Shown: positions 16,214 to 26,323 of the stretch, one piece after another | Position numbering within the stretch: position 1 is the stretch's first letter | Layout: each line of letters begins with the position of its first letter | DNA from: a virus | IMG/VR virus record: IMGVR_UViG_3300045988_116781 | Direction: 5' to 3' (one strand) | Length of the DNA stretch: 58,428 nt | Program-made: the position numbers and the translations under genes | The notes under the pieces: model-generated | The model's input: only the letters and a program-made list of their open reading frames with translations | Database searches by the model: none | Told to the model about the DNA's origin: nothing

Positions 16214-19200
16214 CGCTGTATCCTTAATCCTTTTAATTGTATGTCGTTCAGGGTGCTTGAAACTTTTGATACTCTTTTATCCAAGTTGTCAAGCTTCGTG
16301 TTGGTCTCAGCCGTATTGTTCTCTATGCCCATGAGACGCTCCAGCACAAGGTTACCGATACGGTTAAGCTCCACAACTCCCGTCATTATCGAATAGGTAT
16401 GTCCCTGTATGGTAGTCAATCGGGCATTATTCTCGTCCACGCTCTCCTGTGAAGCGGTAGCAATGCCTTTCTGCGTACCCTCACGGGTGGTTTCTGCATC
16501 TCCCAATATGATGTCTTTCAATTCATCAGGAAGCCCCTCCATACCCTCGGAGAAGATGTTTACCAATCCGTACAGTTCATTGGCGAAAGCCCCCATACTG
16601 TTGTTTATGGCATCAATGCCCTTGAACGTGCCGTCATCGCCGAACCACTTTGTCTTATACCTGTCGAACAGCTGTCCGATGGGTTTTTCAAGAAGTTCTG
16701 TAACGAGCATACGCTTGACAATATCAGACACAATGTCGTCTACTGTGTCTTTCCATGCCTTTGCAGCATCCTCGCCCTCACGGAACGCATCAAAGAACGC
16801 ATCGCCGAGCTGTTCCGCAATGTCAGCCGCCGAGCCTCCGATAATGTCCTCTACCATCTCGTTGATGACAGCGACCATCTCATGACCAATCTCCTGAATG
16901 TCTCGCTTCCATTCTTCGATTTTGCCGCTGTCGCTGTCTTTCTTGCTGCTCTCCGCATTGATTTGCTGCTGGATAGCCAACTGCTGCTCCGCAAGGTTTT
17001 CGAGCTGGGAACGGCTGCTTTCGTACTTCTCCGCTCCCAAAGCCTTATCAGCGGAATATTCAATGTCCGCATAGGCATCCGCAATCTTCTCTATGGATTT
17101 TTGGTATATCTCACTTTGATAGAGTGCCGGCCCGATCAGACGGTAGACGCTGCTGTAATAGTAGGCGGTGGCGTTATGGAGTTCCAGAACCTCTGCGGTT
17201 GCTTCCCTTACCACGTCTTGCAGTTTTTGCAGGGAGTCGAAAGAGTTGTCCTGCATACGTACCACGTCCGCATTGTCAAGTTCCCATTGCAGCTGGTCTA
17301 TACGTCCTTGCAGACGCTCTATTTCTTCCTGATACTCCTCGTCATTATTGAACAGTCCGGCAATGGCGGTAGCTATCTGCAGGGCTGCGGATATAACCGC
17401 AAGTATCACGGATGCTTTCTCAACGGTGGAGATTGAGGCTGCTGCGGCGGTTGCGCTTGCCTGCATACCTGTACTTGCAGCACTTACTGTGCTCGACATG
17501 GCGGATGCAACGTTCTTTCCCACATCCCCTATGGCGGAAATTACAGTAGAGGTAGCATCCAGCACTTCGTCTATGAAGTCTATCGCCTTGCCTATACCTG
17601 CACCTACTTCATCGCTGAAAACGTCTGCCAAGTTCTTTGCATGGCCTCCTACGCTGTCGATAACGCCCTTTACATTGTTCAGCTGGTTGGCGAATGTCTT
17701 GTAGGACGTAGTGAGGTTGTTACGGGCTGTAAGCACTCCCTGTTCGGCGTTCTTGCTCCGTGTCTCTGCGCTGGTCAGGCGGTTGGTGGCATTAGTCACA
17801 TTCTCTACGGCCTGCGCATATTCTTCGGTGTCCTTTGAGGTCTTGCCATCCTGAACGAGCGCATCAAGTTCCTGCTGTGCCTGTATCGCAAGGTTATACT
17901 GTTCCTGTGCGGCGGTAAGCTCAATCTGCGCATCCTTGTACTCGTTGAGTGACGTGACTACCATGTCCTTTGCATCCCCGATGTCTTTCATGGCTTTTAT
18001 AAGTCCCGTGAAAGGGTTTCGGTTGGCAATCTCGTCCTCGATGGACTTGATAGCCTCCTGCATGTCCCTAATCTCGGTCACGTCCATATTGCCTTTGTTG
18101 GCATCGAACATGGATTGAACCTGTCCCAAAGTATGCTGTAGCGAAGAAAGCGACTGTTTGCTCAAATCCCCGAAAACGCTATCCCAATTTATATTTTTCT
18201 TGAACTGGTCTATATCGAGCTTTGACAGTTCTTCGAGATAGAGCCTGTTCGCTTCTGCTTGGTATTTTGCCGGAATGAGTGCAAGGCGGCTTTCCCAATC
18301 TTCCTGAAGCTGCTCACGTTTTTGGTAATAGTTGCCGTATGCAGAAAGCCAATAATCCTCCAATTCCTGCCCCTCTGCGGCGTTTATTTTTCCCGATAGG
18401 TCATTGTATTGGTCTTGTGTGATATTGCCTCCTGCAAGGTCTTTGCTGAGCTGCTTGCGCTGTTCCTGATAGGTGCGTTTTATGGCGTTTACCTTACGCT
18501 GTTCCTCCGAAACGAAAACGTCAGCCAAGTCCTCATACAGTCCCTTTATATATTCGGCATTCTCTTCCTCAGCCTCCCGGGTCTCGTTGGTTGCGGTTGC
18601 GTTAGCCGCATCCCTTTGTGTCTGAAATGCTTTACGGTCGGATTCCGAAAGTGTCTGACCGAGCTTTCCGAGCTTTTGAGACAGTTCCGCTTCTTCCTGG
18701 TCTATGGCGGAGATTGTCTGCTTCCTTTGGTTCTCGATTTCACGGAGACGTTTTTTAAGCCCATCTTGCAACGCAGATATTTCCGCATCCGAAGCATCGG
18801 CAAGCAACTGCTTACGCTGTTTTGCAATGTCTTCAAGCAGTTTTTTCCGTTCCTCAGCCTGTTTTTTCAGGTTGGTATTCTCTTTTGTGTCGCCTCCAAG
18901 GTCTTTGTATGCCTTTTCAGCCGCATCATACGTTTCTTTGGCTTTTTTGTATTGGTCGGAGGTGTACTTTGACCTCTCGCTGTTTATCTTGTCAAGTTCG
19001 GATTTAGCCTTTTCCCATTCTTTTCTTGCAGAGTCATAGTCCTGTTGGAACGTGGTCTGTGCGTTTTTCTGTGCCTGTAATGCCGATACTTTTGCATCCG
19101 CATCTTTCAGGCTTCCCTGCAAGTTGCGGAAACGCATATTGAGGAAAATATCCACGTTCCATATACCCAAGCTGTTTTCTGTCTTTCGCTGCTGTTCCTC

Positions 19201-20865
19201 GACCTTTTTCTTTACCCGGTCAAACTCTTTCCTGATGCTGTCTCTTTCGTCTATGGCCAGTTCAAGTTTCGTGTCAAGCGGCAAGGCTGCATATTCCGCT
19301 TCTTTGCGGATACGCTCTATCTCGTCTACATCTTTTTGCAGGCTATCAACGATTATCTGCACCTGTTCCTGCTTGTTTTCGAGAAGTCCTGTGCCGAATT
19401 CCTCACGCAACAGGTTTGCGTTTTGTTCAGACAGTTTTGTCCAATCCTCATCAGCCTGCTTGATGTCGTCAAGCAAGGTCTTGTACTTGTTCAGCTCATC
19501 TATCTTGTGCTGGTACGTTTCTTCATCCTGTATCTCGTTCAGACGCTTTGTCGTCTCTGAAAGGTCGGCGGCTGCAAGCTCTTGCATTGTGTATGCGTTG
19601 GTTATCTCCGGGCACAACTTTTTCAGACGTTCATAAGCCGCTATCTGTGAATAGTCTGTTTCCGTCTTGTCCCTGATGACATTGATACACTCGTCAATGG
19701 CTTGCCGTTCTTCTTCCAACTTCTGACGGTAAGCATCGCTGTCCTCATTCAGCTTTTCCTGTGCCTTTTCCGCATTGCTCGTGCTGTCTGTATAAAGCAC
19801 CAACGCCGTAACAACTCCGATGATAGCCGCTGCAAGGAGGACGTAGGGGTTTGCCCATGCGGTGATATTGAACGCCTGCTGTGCAGCCGTGAGCAATCCG
19901 AGTTCCTTTCGGAACATCATTATAAGCCGTATGCTCTCGGTAAGGTTTCGTGCCTTTTCCACCACCCATACAGCCATCAAAGCTGCCTTGTATGTGCCGT
20001 ATGCGGCCGCTACGGACAATATGGCGTTCAGGAACACATCATAATGTTCTACCATATTCGTAAGCAGGTTCACACCGCTTACGAACACGCTCTGCTGGCT
20101 GCTTCCTATCTCGTTGAGCATGGAGTTCCATGCGCCCTCCAAGTTGGACAACGCACCGTTTATGCCCTCCGATTGCTTTTCGAGCATTCCGTAGAACTGA
20201 CCTCCCTCAGCCGTTGCAGACGCAAAGGCTTTCTCCATATCCTCTGCGGATATTGTCCCCTTTGACATCTCGTCTCGGAGTTCTGCGATACTCTTGCCCG
20301 TGTCCTTTGACATTTGGTTTAACGGGTTGAAACCTGCGTTAATCATCTGCAGCAGGTCTTGACCCATGAGCTTGCCGTTAGCCGATGCCTGCGCAAAAGC
20401 CAGCACAAGGGATTGGAAACGCTCGGCATTGCCCATCGAAATGTCGCCGATTTGTTTCAATATTGGCATTACCTTTTCAGCCGCCACACCGAATCCGAGA
20501 AGCGTCTGCGCACCTTTGGCAAGCGGTTCGAGCGTCATAGGTGTCTTTACCTCGAACTCACGGATTGCCCCGAACAGTTCTTTTGCCTTGTCGGTAGAGC
20601 CGAGCAGGGTAGCAAAGGAGATTTCAAGCGACTCGATTTCGCCCCTGACCTGCACAACGCTACGGGCAAAGTTCGTCAGGGCGGTAACTGAGAAATATGC
20701 GGCGGCAGCAGTACCGATAGTCCTCATTGCACTGTCGATACGCTTGCTCTCGTTCTCTATGTTGCCGCCCATGCTCTTGAACTCGTTGGACGCTCTTTTT
20801 GCGGAAGCCTCCAACTGCGCCGTGTCAAGCGTTATGGCATAGGACAGTCTTTCTTTGTCGCTCAT
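16210..20865 (-). CDS. tail tape measure protein
   Basis: 1551 aa with long coiled-coil and alanine-rich segments. It lies immediately downstream of the frameshifted chaperone pair. Confidence 0.88.
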   Translation of the reverse strand: MSDKERLSYAITLDTAQLEASAKRASNEFKSMGGNIENESKRIDSAMRTIGTAAAAYFSVTALTNFARSVVQVRGEIESLEISFATLLGSTDKAKELFGAIREFEVKTPMTLEPLAKGAQTLLGFGVAAEKVMPILKQIGDISMGNAERFQSLVLAFAQASANGKLMGQDLLQMINAGFNPLNQMSKDTGKSIAELRDEMSKGTISAEDMEKAFASATAEGGQFYGMLEKQSEGINGALSNLEGAWNSMLNEIGSSQQSVFVSGVNLLTNMVEHYDVFLNAILSVAAAYGTYKAALMAVWVVEKARNLTESIRLIMMFRKELGLLTAAQQAFNITAWANPYVLLAAAIIGVVTALVLYTDSTSNAEKAQEKLNEDSDAYRQKLEEERQAIDECINVIRDKTETDYSQIAAYERLKKLCPEITNAYTMQELAAADLSETTKRLNEIQDEETYQHKIDELNKYKTLLDDIKQADEDWTKLSEQNANLLREEFGTGLLENKQEQVQIIVDSLQKDVDEIERIRKEAEYAALPLDTKLELAIDERDSIRKEFDRVKKKVEEQQRKTENSLGIWNVDIFLNMRFRNLQGSLKDADAKVSALQAQKNAQTTFQQDYDSARKEWEKAKSELDKINSERSKYTSDQYKKAKETYDAAEKAYKDLGGDTKENTNLKKQAEERKKLLEDIAKQRKQLLADASDAEISALQDGLKKRLREIENQRKQTISAIDQEEAELSQKLGKLGQTLSESDRKAFQTQRDAANATATNETREAEEENAEYIKGLYEDLADVFVSEEQRKVNAIKRTYQEQRKQLSKDLAGGNITQDQYNDLSGKINAAEGQELEDYWLSAYGNYYQKREQLQEDWESRLALIPAKYQAEANRLYLEELSKLDIDQFKKNINWDSVFGDLSKQSLSSLQHTLGQVQSMFDANKGNMDVTEIRDMQEAIKSIEDEIANRNPFTGLIKAMKDIGDAKDMVVTSLNEYKDAQIELTAAQEQYNLAIQAQQELDALVQDGKTSKDTEEYAQAVENVTNATNRLTSAETRSKNAEQGVLTARNNLTTSYKTFANQLNNVKGVIDSVGGHAKNLADVFSDEVGAGIGKAIDFIDEVLDATSTVISAIGDVGKNVASAMSSTVSAASTGMQASATAAAASISTVEKASVILAVISAALQIATAIAGLFNNDEEYQEEIERLQGRIDQLQWELDNADVVRMQDNSFDSLQKLQDVVREATAEVLELHNATAYYYSSVYRLIGPALYQSEIYQKSIEKIADAYADIEYSADKALGAEKYESSRSQLENLAEQQLAIQQQINAESSKKDSDSGKIEEWKRDIQEIGHEMVAVINEMVEDIIGGSAADIAEQLGDAFFDAFREGEDAAKAWKDTVDDIVSDIVKRMLVTELLEKPIGQLFDRYKTKWFGDDGTFKGIDAINNSMGAFANELYGLVNIFSEGMEGLPDELKDIILGDAETTREGTQKGIATASQESVDENNARLTTIQGHTYSIMTGVVELNRIGNLVLERLMGIENNTAETNTKLDNLDKRVSKVSSTLNDIQLKGLRIQR

Positions 20866-21161
20866 ACTCTTACTACTTCTTCATTCTCAAAATCATTGAA
20901 CAAATCAGGATTGTTAGCGTCCTTTGTCTCATCAAACAGGGGCTTGTCCTCATCGTCAGGCTTATCCCCGTACATTGGCGTGGCCTTACTGTACAATATG
21001 GCGTTGGTATAGCTGATGTCATACAACGCCTGACGGGCTGTTATTCCGAAAGTCTTTGATACTCCGAGAACGGTTGCCCAGATGCTGTCGTTTAGTTGCC
21101 CACTTCCTTTGTCGGCTTCAGAATGTTTGCCTCGTTTAGGGAAGTGGTAATGCCGAAAAAA
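20863..21161 (-). other. -1 programmed frameshift extension of the tail chaperone (GT-like product)
   Basis: The minus-strand heptamer T_TTT_TTC (plus strand GAAAAAA, 21155-21161) is in X_XXY_YYZ phase. The -1 frame then stays open with no ATG until a TGA that overlaps the tape measure ATG (20863-20865). Confidence 0.6.
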
Positions 21162-21607
21162 TCCCCGACCTCCAAATCCTGCAACCTGCGGACAATCACG
21201 TTCAGCATCACTGACGGTCTCATGTTCTCCAAGACGACTTTGGCAAGTTCAGCCTTTCTGTCAATGGTTACAGTTTCCTCCACTTCGACCTTTTTCAGCC
21301 CGAATAAGCGGCTTTTTACGACTTTCCGTGTAGTTGTCTCGGTCAGACCTTTTGCGCCCAAAATAAGGACTGCTACGATGTCGCCGAGAGCACGGTAATC
21401 CTTTGCTATGTGCAGTACCGAATACAAAATCTTATCTCCGCTTACGGGCTTCACTTCCGGAAGCGTTGATACGATTTCTGACACGAGTATCAGAGTGGCG
21501 ATTGACGGTGGTGCGATGTCATACTTCACGCCCTCCAGCTCGATGCTCGCAACTGGTCTCTCAAGGATGGCCGATGCGACTTTGCTTTCAATGGTCTGTT
21601 CTGTCAT
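21092..21607 (-). CDS. tail assembly chaperone (G-like)
   Basis: 171 aa. It lies between the tail tube and the tape measure and has a slippery heptamer near its 3' end. Confidence 0.65.
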   Translation of the reverse strand: MTEQTIESKVASAILERPVASIELEGVKYDIAPPSIATLILVSEIVSTLPEVKPVSGDKILYSVLHIAKDYRALGDIVAVLILGAKGLTETTTRKVVKSRLFGLKKVEVEETVTIDRKAELAKVVLENMRPSVMLNVIVRRLQDLEVGDFFGITTSLNEANILKPTKEVGN

Positions 21608-21626
21608 ATTCTAAAATCTAAATTTG

Positions 21627-21711
21627 CGGAGGGTGGAGGATTCGAACCTCCGGTGCGTTTCCGCACGCCTCGTTAGCAATGAGGTGCATTAAGCCGCTCT
21701 GCCAACCCTCC
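21627..21711 (-). tRNA. tRNA-Ser (anticodon GCU), type II with long variable arm
   Basis: The reverse complement folds as a cloverleaf. Acceptor stem: GGAGGGT/ACCCTCC. D stem: GCA/TGC. Anticodon loop: TTGCTAA. Variable arm: GTGCG-GAAA-CGCAC. T arm: GGAGG-TTCGAAT-CCTCC. No CCA is encoded. Confidence 0.85.
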
Positions 21712-21802
21712 GAATGGCTGTTCTATCCTGCCGAACAGCAAAGGGGTGTCTTTCCACACGTCAGATATGCTACTTGCCTGTTGATTGGGACTGTACTGAC
21801 TG

Positions 21803-22330
21803 TCAGTCGGCAGCGGCCCAGTCGGAAGCGGCGACCTTGAACTTCGTGTAAAGCTCTCCGTCTTCACAGGCAAGGATTTTGAACGTCACGTCCACATAGT
21901 GACCCTCCTCTTCTGATGATCCGGGACGGAAAGAAATATGGGTACGTCTTGCCTTGATACCTGTCGAGCCGATGTTCTTCGGGGTCAGCTTCAGGGAGAA
22001 GTCATCAGGAATTACGTTAGTAGTGACTTTCAATGTCTCGTTCCCAGAAGTTCCTGCCTTAACAGCTCCTGTCAGCTTGTTCTCCGTATCGAAGTCCATC
22101 TCCATGATACGGGTAGTGATAGATACCTGAGGCTCGCCCTCTTCCTCTGCCACTACCACACCTCCTGTGGCGACAGCCTGTAAGGTATCGCCGTCCTCTG
22201 TGGACATAGTGGTTGTTTTGTCCTTTATCGTGCCGATGTTAAAGAGTTCGGAAGCCATAGCTTCATCCGCACCTGTCTTTCCGACCTCAATCTTGCACTT
22301 CGACCACGACATGATTACTTTCTTTGCCAT
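21803..22330 (-). CDS. major tail tube protein candidate
   Basis: 175 aa. Called from its position upstream of the chaperone and tape measure genes. No sheath gene is nearby. Confidence 0.55.
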   Translation of the reverse strand: MAKKVIMSWSKCKIEVGKTGADEAMASELFNIGTIKDKTTTMSTEDGDTLQAVATGGVVVAEEEGEPQVSITTRIMEMDFDTENKLTGAVKAGTSGNETLKVTTNVIPDDFSLKLTPKNIGSTGIKARRTHISFRPGSSEEEGHYVDVTFKILACEDGELYTKFKVAASDWAAAD

Positions 22331-22342
22331 ATTCGTAAAGTG

Positions 22343-22762
22343 TTAAATTGTTATTCGTTTGAATTTTATCCTTACAGAAATGAAATGCTGTTCTATACCC
22401 TCCGCTTCCAATGATTTCGGTGTTCCGTCTTTCTCCAAGTCGTATTCGTTGCTGTCGTTTCCCTCGATGAACGATACGGCAAGTTCCTCCAGCTCGTCTA
22501 TGCGCTTGATGTTCTCCACCTTTGCCCCACTGCTTCGTACGGATATGTCCGGCACATAGATGTTCAGTACCACGATACCGCTCTGCACCTGTTCGTCCAC
22601 TCCGGACAGGAACTTGACAACGATGTCCTCCTTGTCCGACTCGGGAGGTCTCATGCCCTTGCGGTACACCTTTCCCGAAACAGCCTTTGCAAGTTCGCTT
22701 TTGGTCACGAACTCGAAAAAGTCCCGTTCTATGCGCTTTTCGGTTTTTGTTGCCATACTCAT
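22343..22762 (-). CDS. tail terminator / neck protein candidate
   Basis: 139 aa. Called on synteny only. Confidence 0.35.
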   Translation of the reverse strand: MSMATKTEKRIERDFFEFVTKSELAKAVSGKVYRKGMRPPESDKEDIVVKFLSGVDEQVQSGIVVLNIYVPDISVRSSGAKVENIKRIDELEELAVSFIEGNDSNEYDLEKDGTPKSLEAEGIEQHFISVRIKFKRITI

Positions 22763-23283
22763 CAGGTTTTTTTGAAGCCGAGTTGAAGTAAAAGACGTGG
22801 TACCAGTTCATCAGCAAGCAGTTCGGCAGACGCAAGCACGTTCAGGTTATGCAGTTCCTCCACATACACGGCGTATTTCATACCAGCGGCCACAATCAGG
22901 ACAATGCCCTGCGCATATCTTGCGGAGTATTCATCCGCAAGCCTGTCGAGCAAAGCCTGTCCCTCCTTGACCCCGTTGTCGCCCCGGCTTTTTACGAGAC
23001 GGCCTTTGGAGTTCCTGACCTTTTGGCTTCCCCGGTATGTCTTCGGCTTTCCATATTGGTAAGCATGACCATTGACCAGCACCACATAGCCGATAGAGCT
23101 GCGCAGATTGCCTGTGATGTCGTTGTACTCCCCGGCATTGCGTGCTTCCGTTATGCAACGTTCGCCCACATAGCAGAAAGTCTCGACACAACGCTCTTTC
23201 AGGCTGTCTGTCTTTGCCTTGATGTTCTTTACGATACCAAGGATGGTGTTCTTGCCGTGTATGGTTATCGCCGTTCTTGCCAT
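22762..23283 (-). CDS. head-tail connector / tail completion protein candidate
   Basis: 173 aa. Called on synteny only. Confidence 0.35.
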   Translation of the reverse strand: MARTAITIHGKNTILGIVKNIKAKTDSLKERCVETFCYVGERCITEARNAGEYNDITGNLRSSIGYVVLVNGHAYQYGKPKTYRGSQKVRNSKGRLVKSRGDNGVKEGQALLDRLADEYSARYAQGIVLIVAAGMKYAVYVEELHNLNVLASAELLADELVPRLLLQLGFKKT

Positions 23284-23284
23284 C

Positions 23285-23605
23285 TTACACCGTGATTTGT
23301 ATTCTTCCTACCGTTTCGAGTGCTTCGGTAGCCTGAATACGGTATTCGCCAAGGGCTTCTCCTGACCGCTCCAAATAGATACGGCTGGAGCTGAATTTGT
23401 CCTGTTCCTCAATCAGCACCACAAAGGAGGCTACACGGAACTCTCCGTCTTCGTATTTCCCCTTACGGTTGTCGCTGTTCGTCTTTATGGAACAGGGTAC
23501 AGGCTCGCTCCACTCTACGGCAGCTTCCGTATCGGGCTCTCCGTATTCGTTGAAGTCCGCAACCTCCTTGACTATCTCGTATTTCAGGAAACCGTTAGTT
23601 CTCAT
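23285..23605 (-). CDS. head-tail adaptor candidate
   Basis: 106 aa. Called on synteny only. Confidence 0.35.
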   Translation of the reverse strand: MRTNGFLKYEIVKEVADFNEYGEPDTEAAVEWSEPVPCSIKTNSDNRKGKYEDGEFRVASFVVLIEEQDKFSSSRIYLERSGEALGEYRIQATEALETVGRIQITV

Positions 23606-23612
23606 AAGGCAG

Positions 23613-23942
23613 TTACCACAAGTTAGAACCGTTCTCTATCGTCTTTACCGAAATCAGGTAATCATCTGCATCGAGACCGTAATCCTTGCACCACAGCTTG
23701 ATGTTCTCGTTGATTGCATCCTCACGTACAGAGGTGGAAACGCCGTTTTCTGTCCGGCTGCTCTCCACATAGCCCCTGACCAAGCGTACCGCCACCCGAA
23801 AGAGTTTTTCATCTTTCGGAGTGGCTTCCGCATCGCTGTCTATGCCCTCATTGAAAAGCATCATCTCCATTGCTCCACGGTCGGGATAGAACGTGTTGCA
23901 GATGGCGTTGCAAAGACCTCTCAATGCTTTCAGATTATCCAT
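23613..23942 (-). CDS. head-tail connector candidate
   Basis: I used the internal start MDNLKALRG... at 23942, 3 nt after the capsid gene stop. The longer ORF to 24062 would overlap the capsid gene. Confidence 0.35.
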   Translation of the reverse strand: MDNLKALRGLCNAICNTFYPDRGAMEMMLFNEGIDSDAEATPKDEKLFRVAVRLVRGYVESSRTENGVSTSVREDAINENIKLWCKDYGLDADDYLISVKTIENGSNLW

Positions 23943-23944
23943 GA

Positions 23945-25051
23945 TTATGACTGCGTTTTGAGGGTGTAGATACCGTTCATCTCCGTAATCACAGGCAAAG
24001 CGAATGCTTCCGCTTTGGTGAACTCTACGCCGTTCGAGCCCTGTGTCTCTCCTGCGCCCCACTGTGACACACGGATACGTCCGTAGTTGGAGTAGGCAAC
24101 GCCCGGCTCCTGTCTCAACTCGCTGTTGGCATAGGCGTTCTTTACGAGACCCAGTTTGCCGTCAGGAATGAACACCATATTCTTGGCGTTCCAAGGGGTA
24201 TACGGAGTACGCTGCGTGCCGTTCTGTACTCTAATCTGTCTACGGATAGGCTCGAATACAGGATAGCTGTTGGTCTGCATGTACTCGTTGATGTCCTTCA
24301 GCTGCACCATACGGGACGATTTGTCAGTTCCCCAAATCATCTGCTTCATCTTCTTCGAGCGGCACATGTAGGAGATGAGAGACGGGGCGCACAGCACTTT
24401 GCCGAAAACGACCTTGTCCTGTGCGGCATCGATAATCGACTGAATGTCCTCGAAGCAGTCCACGGTGTCCTTATTACCCTCTGTCCATTCTTTGGTTGAA
24501 CTTGCGATGTTCTCCGCTGGCTGGTTGAACTTGATAGATCCACGTACACCGCCTTCCGGGTTGGTAGTCTCATCCAGAGTGAAAACACCCTCGTTTGAGA
24601 GTGCGCCAAGGAAAATCATGTCGAGCTTTGCAAGCACGCTGTTTACAGGCGTTTTCACGTTGCCCCACATAAGGTCGATGAGCTGCTGTTTCTTCTGTCT
24701 GTCAGGCAGGGATTTGCTATCAAGGATTTGCAGAACCTTTCTGTAATCCTGAATGGTCATTGGCAGGGTAATGGCATGGTTTACGATTTTCTCTTTGAGA
24801 GTTTCCAGCCCCTCCGTGCCCAAAATAGCCTCCTTTGAACTGTCGCCGATTGTCGGTGCGGCAATACTGATGTTGTACTGTCCGATGATTTCCTCGAAGT
24901 CAAGTCCGATGGTCGGGGTGTCCCAATCAAGGTACTTCTCGAAAATCACTTGGTCGAACAACCTCTTGTTTCGTTCAGAGGCAGCATCGAAGCGAATCTG
25001 TACGACTTTCGTCAGTTCGCCGAAAATTGAACTATACTGAAACTGTGGCAT
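23945..25051 (-). CDS. major capsid protein
   Basis: 368 aa. Called from its size and its position after the scaffold and decoration-like genes. The N-terminus resembles major capsid protein E-like families. Confidence 0.7.
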   Translation of the reverse strand: MPQFQYSSIFGELTKVVQIRFDAASERNKRLFDQVIFEKYLDWDTPTIGLDFEEIIGQYNISIAAPTIGDSSKEAILGTEGLETLKEKIVNHAITLPMTIQDYRKVLQILDSKSLPDRQKKQQLIDLMWGNVKTPVNSVLAKLDMIFLGALSNEGVFTLDETTNPEGGVRGSIKFNQPAENIASSTKEWTEGNKDTVDCFEDIQSIIDAAQDKVVFGKVLCAPSLISYMCRSKKMKQMIWGTDKSSRMVQLKDINEYMQTNSYPVFEPIRRQIRVQNGTQRTPYTPWNAKNMVFIPDGKLGLVKNAYANSELRQEPGVAYSNYGRIRVSQWGAGETQGSNGVEFTKAEAFALPVITEMNGIYTLKTQS

Positions 25052-25058
25052 AGCGATA

Positions 25059-25652
25059 TTACTGCTTTATGAACAGAATGTTCGGGTTAGACTTAAGAGT
25101 TACCCCCTGAAGCCAATCGGCCGGGATAGGGTAATCCACATTGTTGTAGAGAACGACAGCCTCATACGCTGCGTCAATGGTCGGGATGCCAGTACCCTTG
25201 AACTCAAGGTCAGCACCGACAACCATGTTCGGTGTGTAAAGCGGCTTTGCGCTGCTCTGTCCGTCACTCTCCTGAATGCTGTCCCCAGCAACAAGGCCGG
25301 AGATGGCGGTTGCGAAAGTGATTACATCATAATCCGCATTGGAGGTGTCGATTTTGTTTACAGTTGTCGAAGTGGCAGTACCCAGCTTCTGCACCTTGTC
25401 GCCAACGGCAAAAAGATGCCCTTTGCTTACACGTGCATCGGTGGTCGTACCGCCGTCAAGAACCTTTGCAATCTTTACCACGCCTGCGCTCATCTCATCA
25501 AAATCTACCTGAATAGGAAGACCCCTACGCAGTACAGTCCCGACAGGGAATGTCTGTTTAGGCTTGAAACCGCCAGGCAGGATTTTGCATTCCCCACGCC
25601 AAATGACAGGGGTTTTGCCTGAAAAGGCCTGTTTCTTAAATTCGATAGCCAT
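25059..25652 (-). CDS. capsid-associated (decoration/cement) protein candidate
   Basis: 197 aa. It lies between the scaffold and the major capsid gene. Confidence 0.35.
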   Translation of the reverse strand: MAIEFKKQAFSGKTPVIWRGECKILPGGFKPKQTFPVGTVLRRGLPIQVDFDEMSAGVVKIAKVLDGGTTTDARVSKGHLFAVGDKVQKLGTATSTTVNKIDTSNADYDVITFATAISGLVAGDSIQESDGQSSAKPLYTPNMVVGADLEFKGTGIPTIDAAYEAVVLYNNVDYPIPADWLQGVTLKSNPNILFIKQ

Positions 25653-25679
25653 TGCTTGAATTTTTTAGAGGTTAAACAA

Positions 25680-26288
25680 TCATTTGTCCGGCAGAGACTC
25701 AGCCCAAGATTTGGCTTCATTCTTCATGGCTTCATCCGTGCCGCTTAACTCAAGTGCCGTGTCTTTCGGCATGAGCTTGTTGTTTACAAGTTTCTGTGCA
25801 AACTCCGTCAGAACCTTGTCGATGTCCGCATCATCAGCGATGCTGAAATTCTCCATAAGGAAATCGGGAATGTTCAGAGACTTGGCTTTGGCAGCGATTT
25901 GTTCCGCACGGCTCTTCTTCGTTTCGGCAGCTTTGAGGGTCTCGTTCTCCTTTACGAGATTGGCGATTTGCTCATCACGCTTCTTCATCTCAGACTTGAA
26001 CCATTCCGGCACGCTCTCGTTGCCCTTGTTTTCGCCCTCACCGTCACCATCTCCGTCTTCGGCAGATTGCTTCGTGGTTGATTGCTTCTTCTGTGTCTTC
26101 CTCGTTATCTCCGCCTGCATAGCCTTTGCAAACGGCACGAGAGAATCCACTTTCTTTGCGATGTCCTCATCGGAAGCATCGTCGGCAAGACCCTCCGAAC
26201 CCAATTCAACGAGTTCGCCGAGTGCCTTTTCCGTAAGCCCCATGTCCTTGCATTTGCTGGTCAGGAGCGTCAATAACTTCTTTTTCAT
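25680..26288 (-). CDS. scaffolding protein
   Basis: 202 aa, acidic and helical/coiled-coil (EDGDGDGEGEN, KKRDEQIANLVKENETLKAAE). It is the first gene of the capsid operon. Confidence 0.6.
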   Translation of the reverse strand: MKKKLLTLLTSKCKDMGLTEKALGELVELGSEGLADDASDEDIAKKVDSLVPFAKAMQAEITRKTQKKQSTTKQSAEDGDGDGEGENKGNESVPEWFKSEMKKRDEQIANLVKENETLKAAETKKSRAEQIAAKAKSLNIPDFLMENFSIADDADIDKVLTEFAQKLVNNKLMPKDTALELSGTDEAMKNEAKSWAESLPDK

Positions 26289-26323
26289 ACTCCGGGTATT
26301 CTTTGATTGGTCATATTACAGCG

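Noticed and set aside
16409-20842. Many plus-strand ORFs of 60-190 aa antisense to the tape measure gene (for example 19052..19636 and 18409..18972)
   Set aside because: They are Ser/Phe/Cys-rich antisense translations of a long, compositionally biased coiled-coil gene, with no independent support.
21673-21873. 66-aa minus-strand ORF overlapping the tRNA and the tail tube gene 3' end
   Set aside because: It overlaps a well-folded tRNA gene and the end of the tail tube ORF, so it is an artefact of the six-frame track.
22287-22835. 182-aa minus-strand ORF overlapping 22343..22762 and 22762..23283
   Set aside because: It is an alternative frame across two well-packed structural genes. The translation is highly basic and Gly/Arg-rich with no gene-like context.
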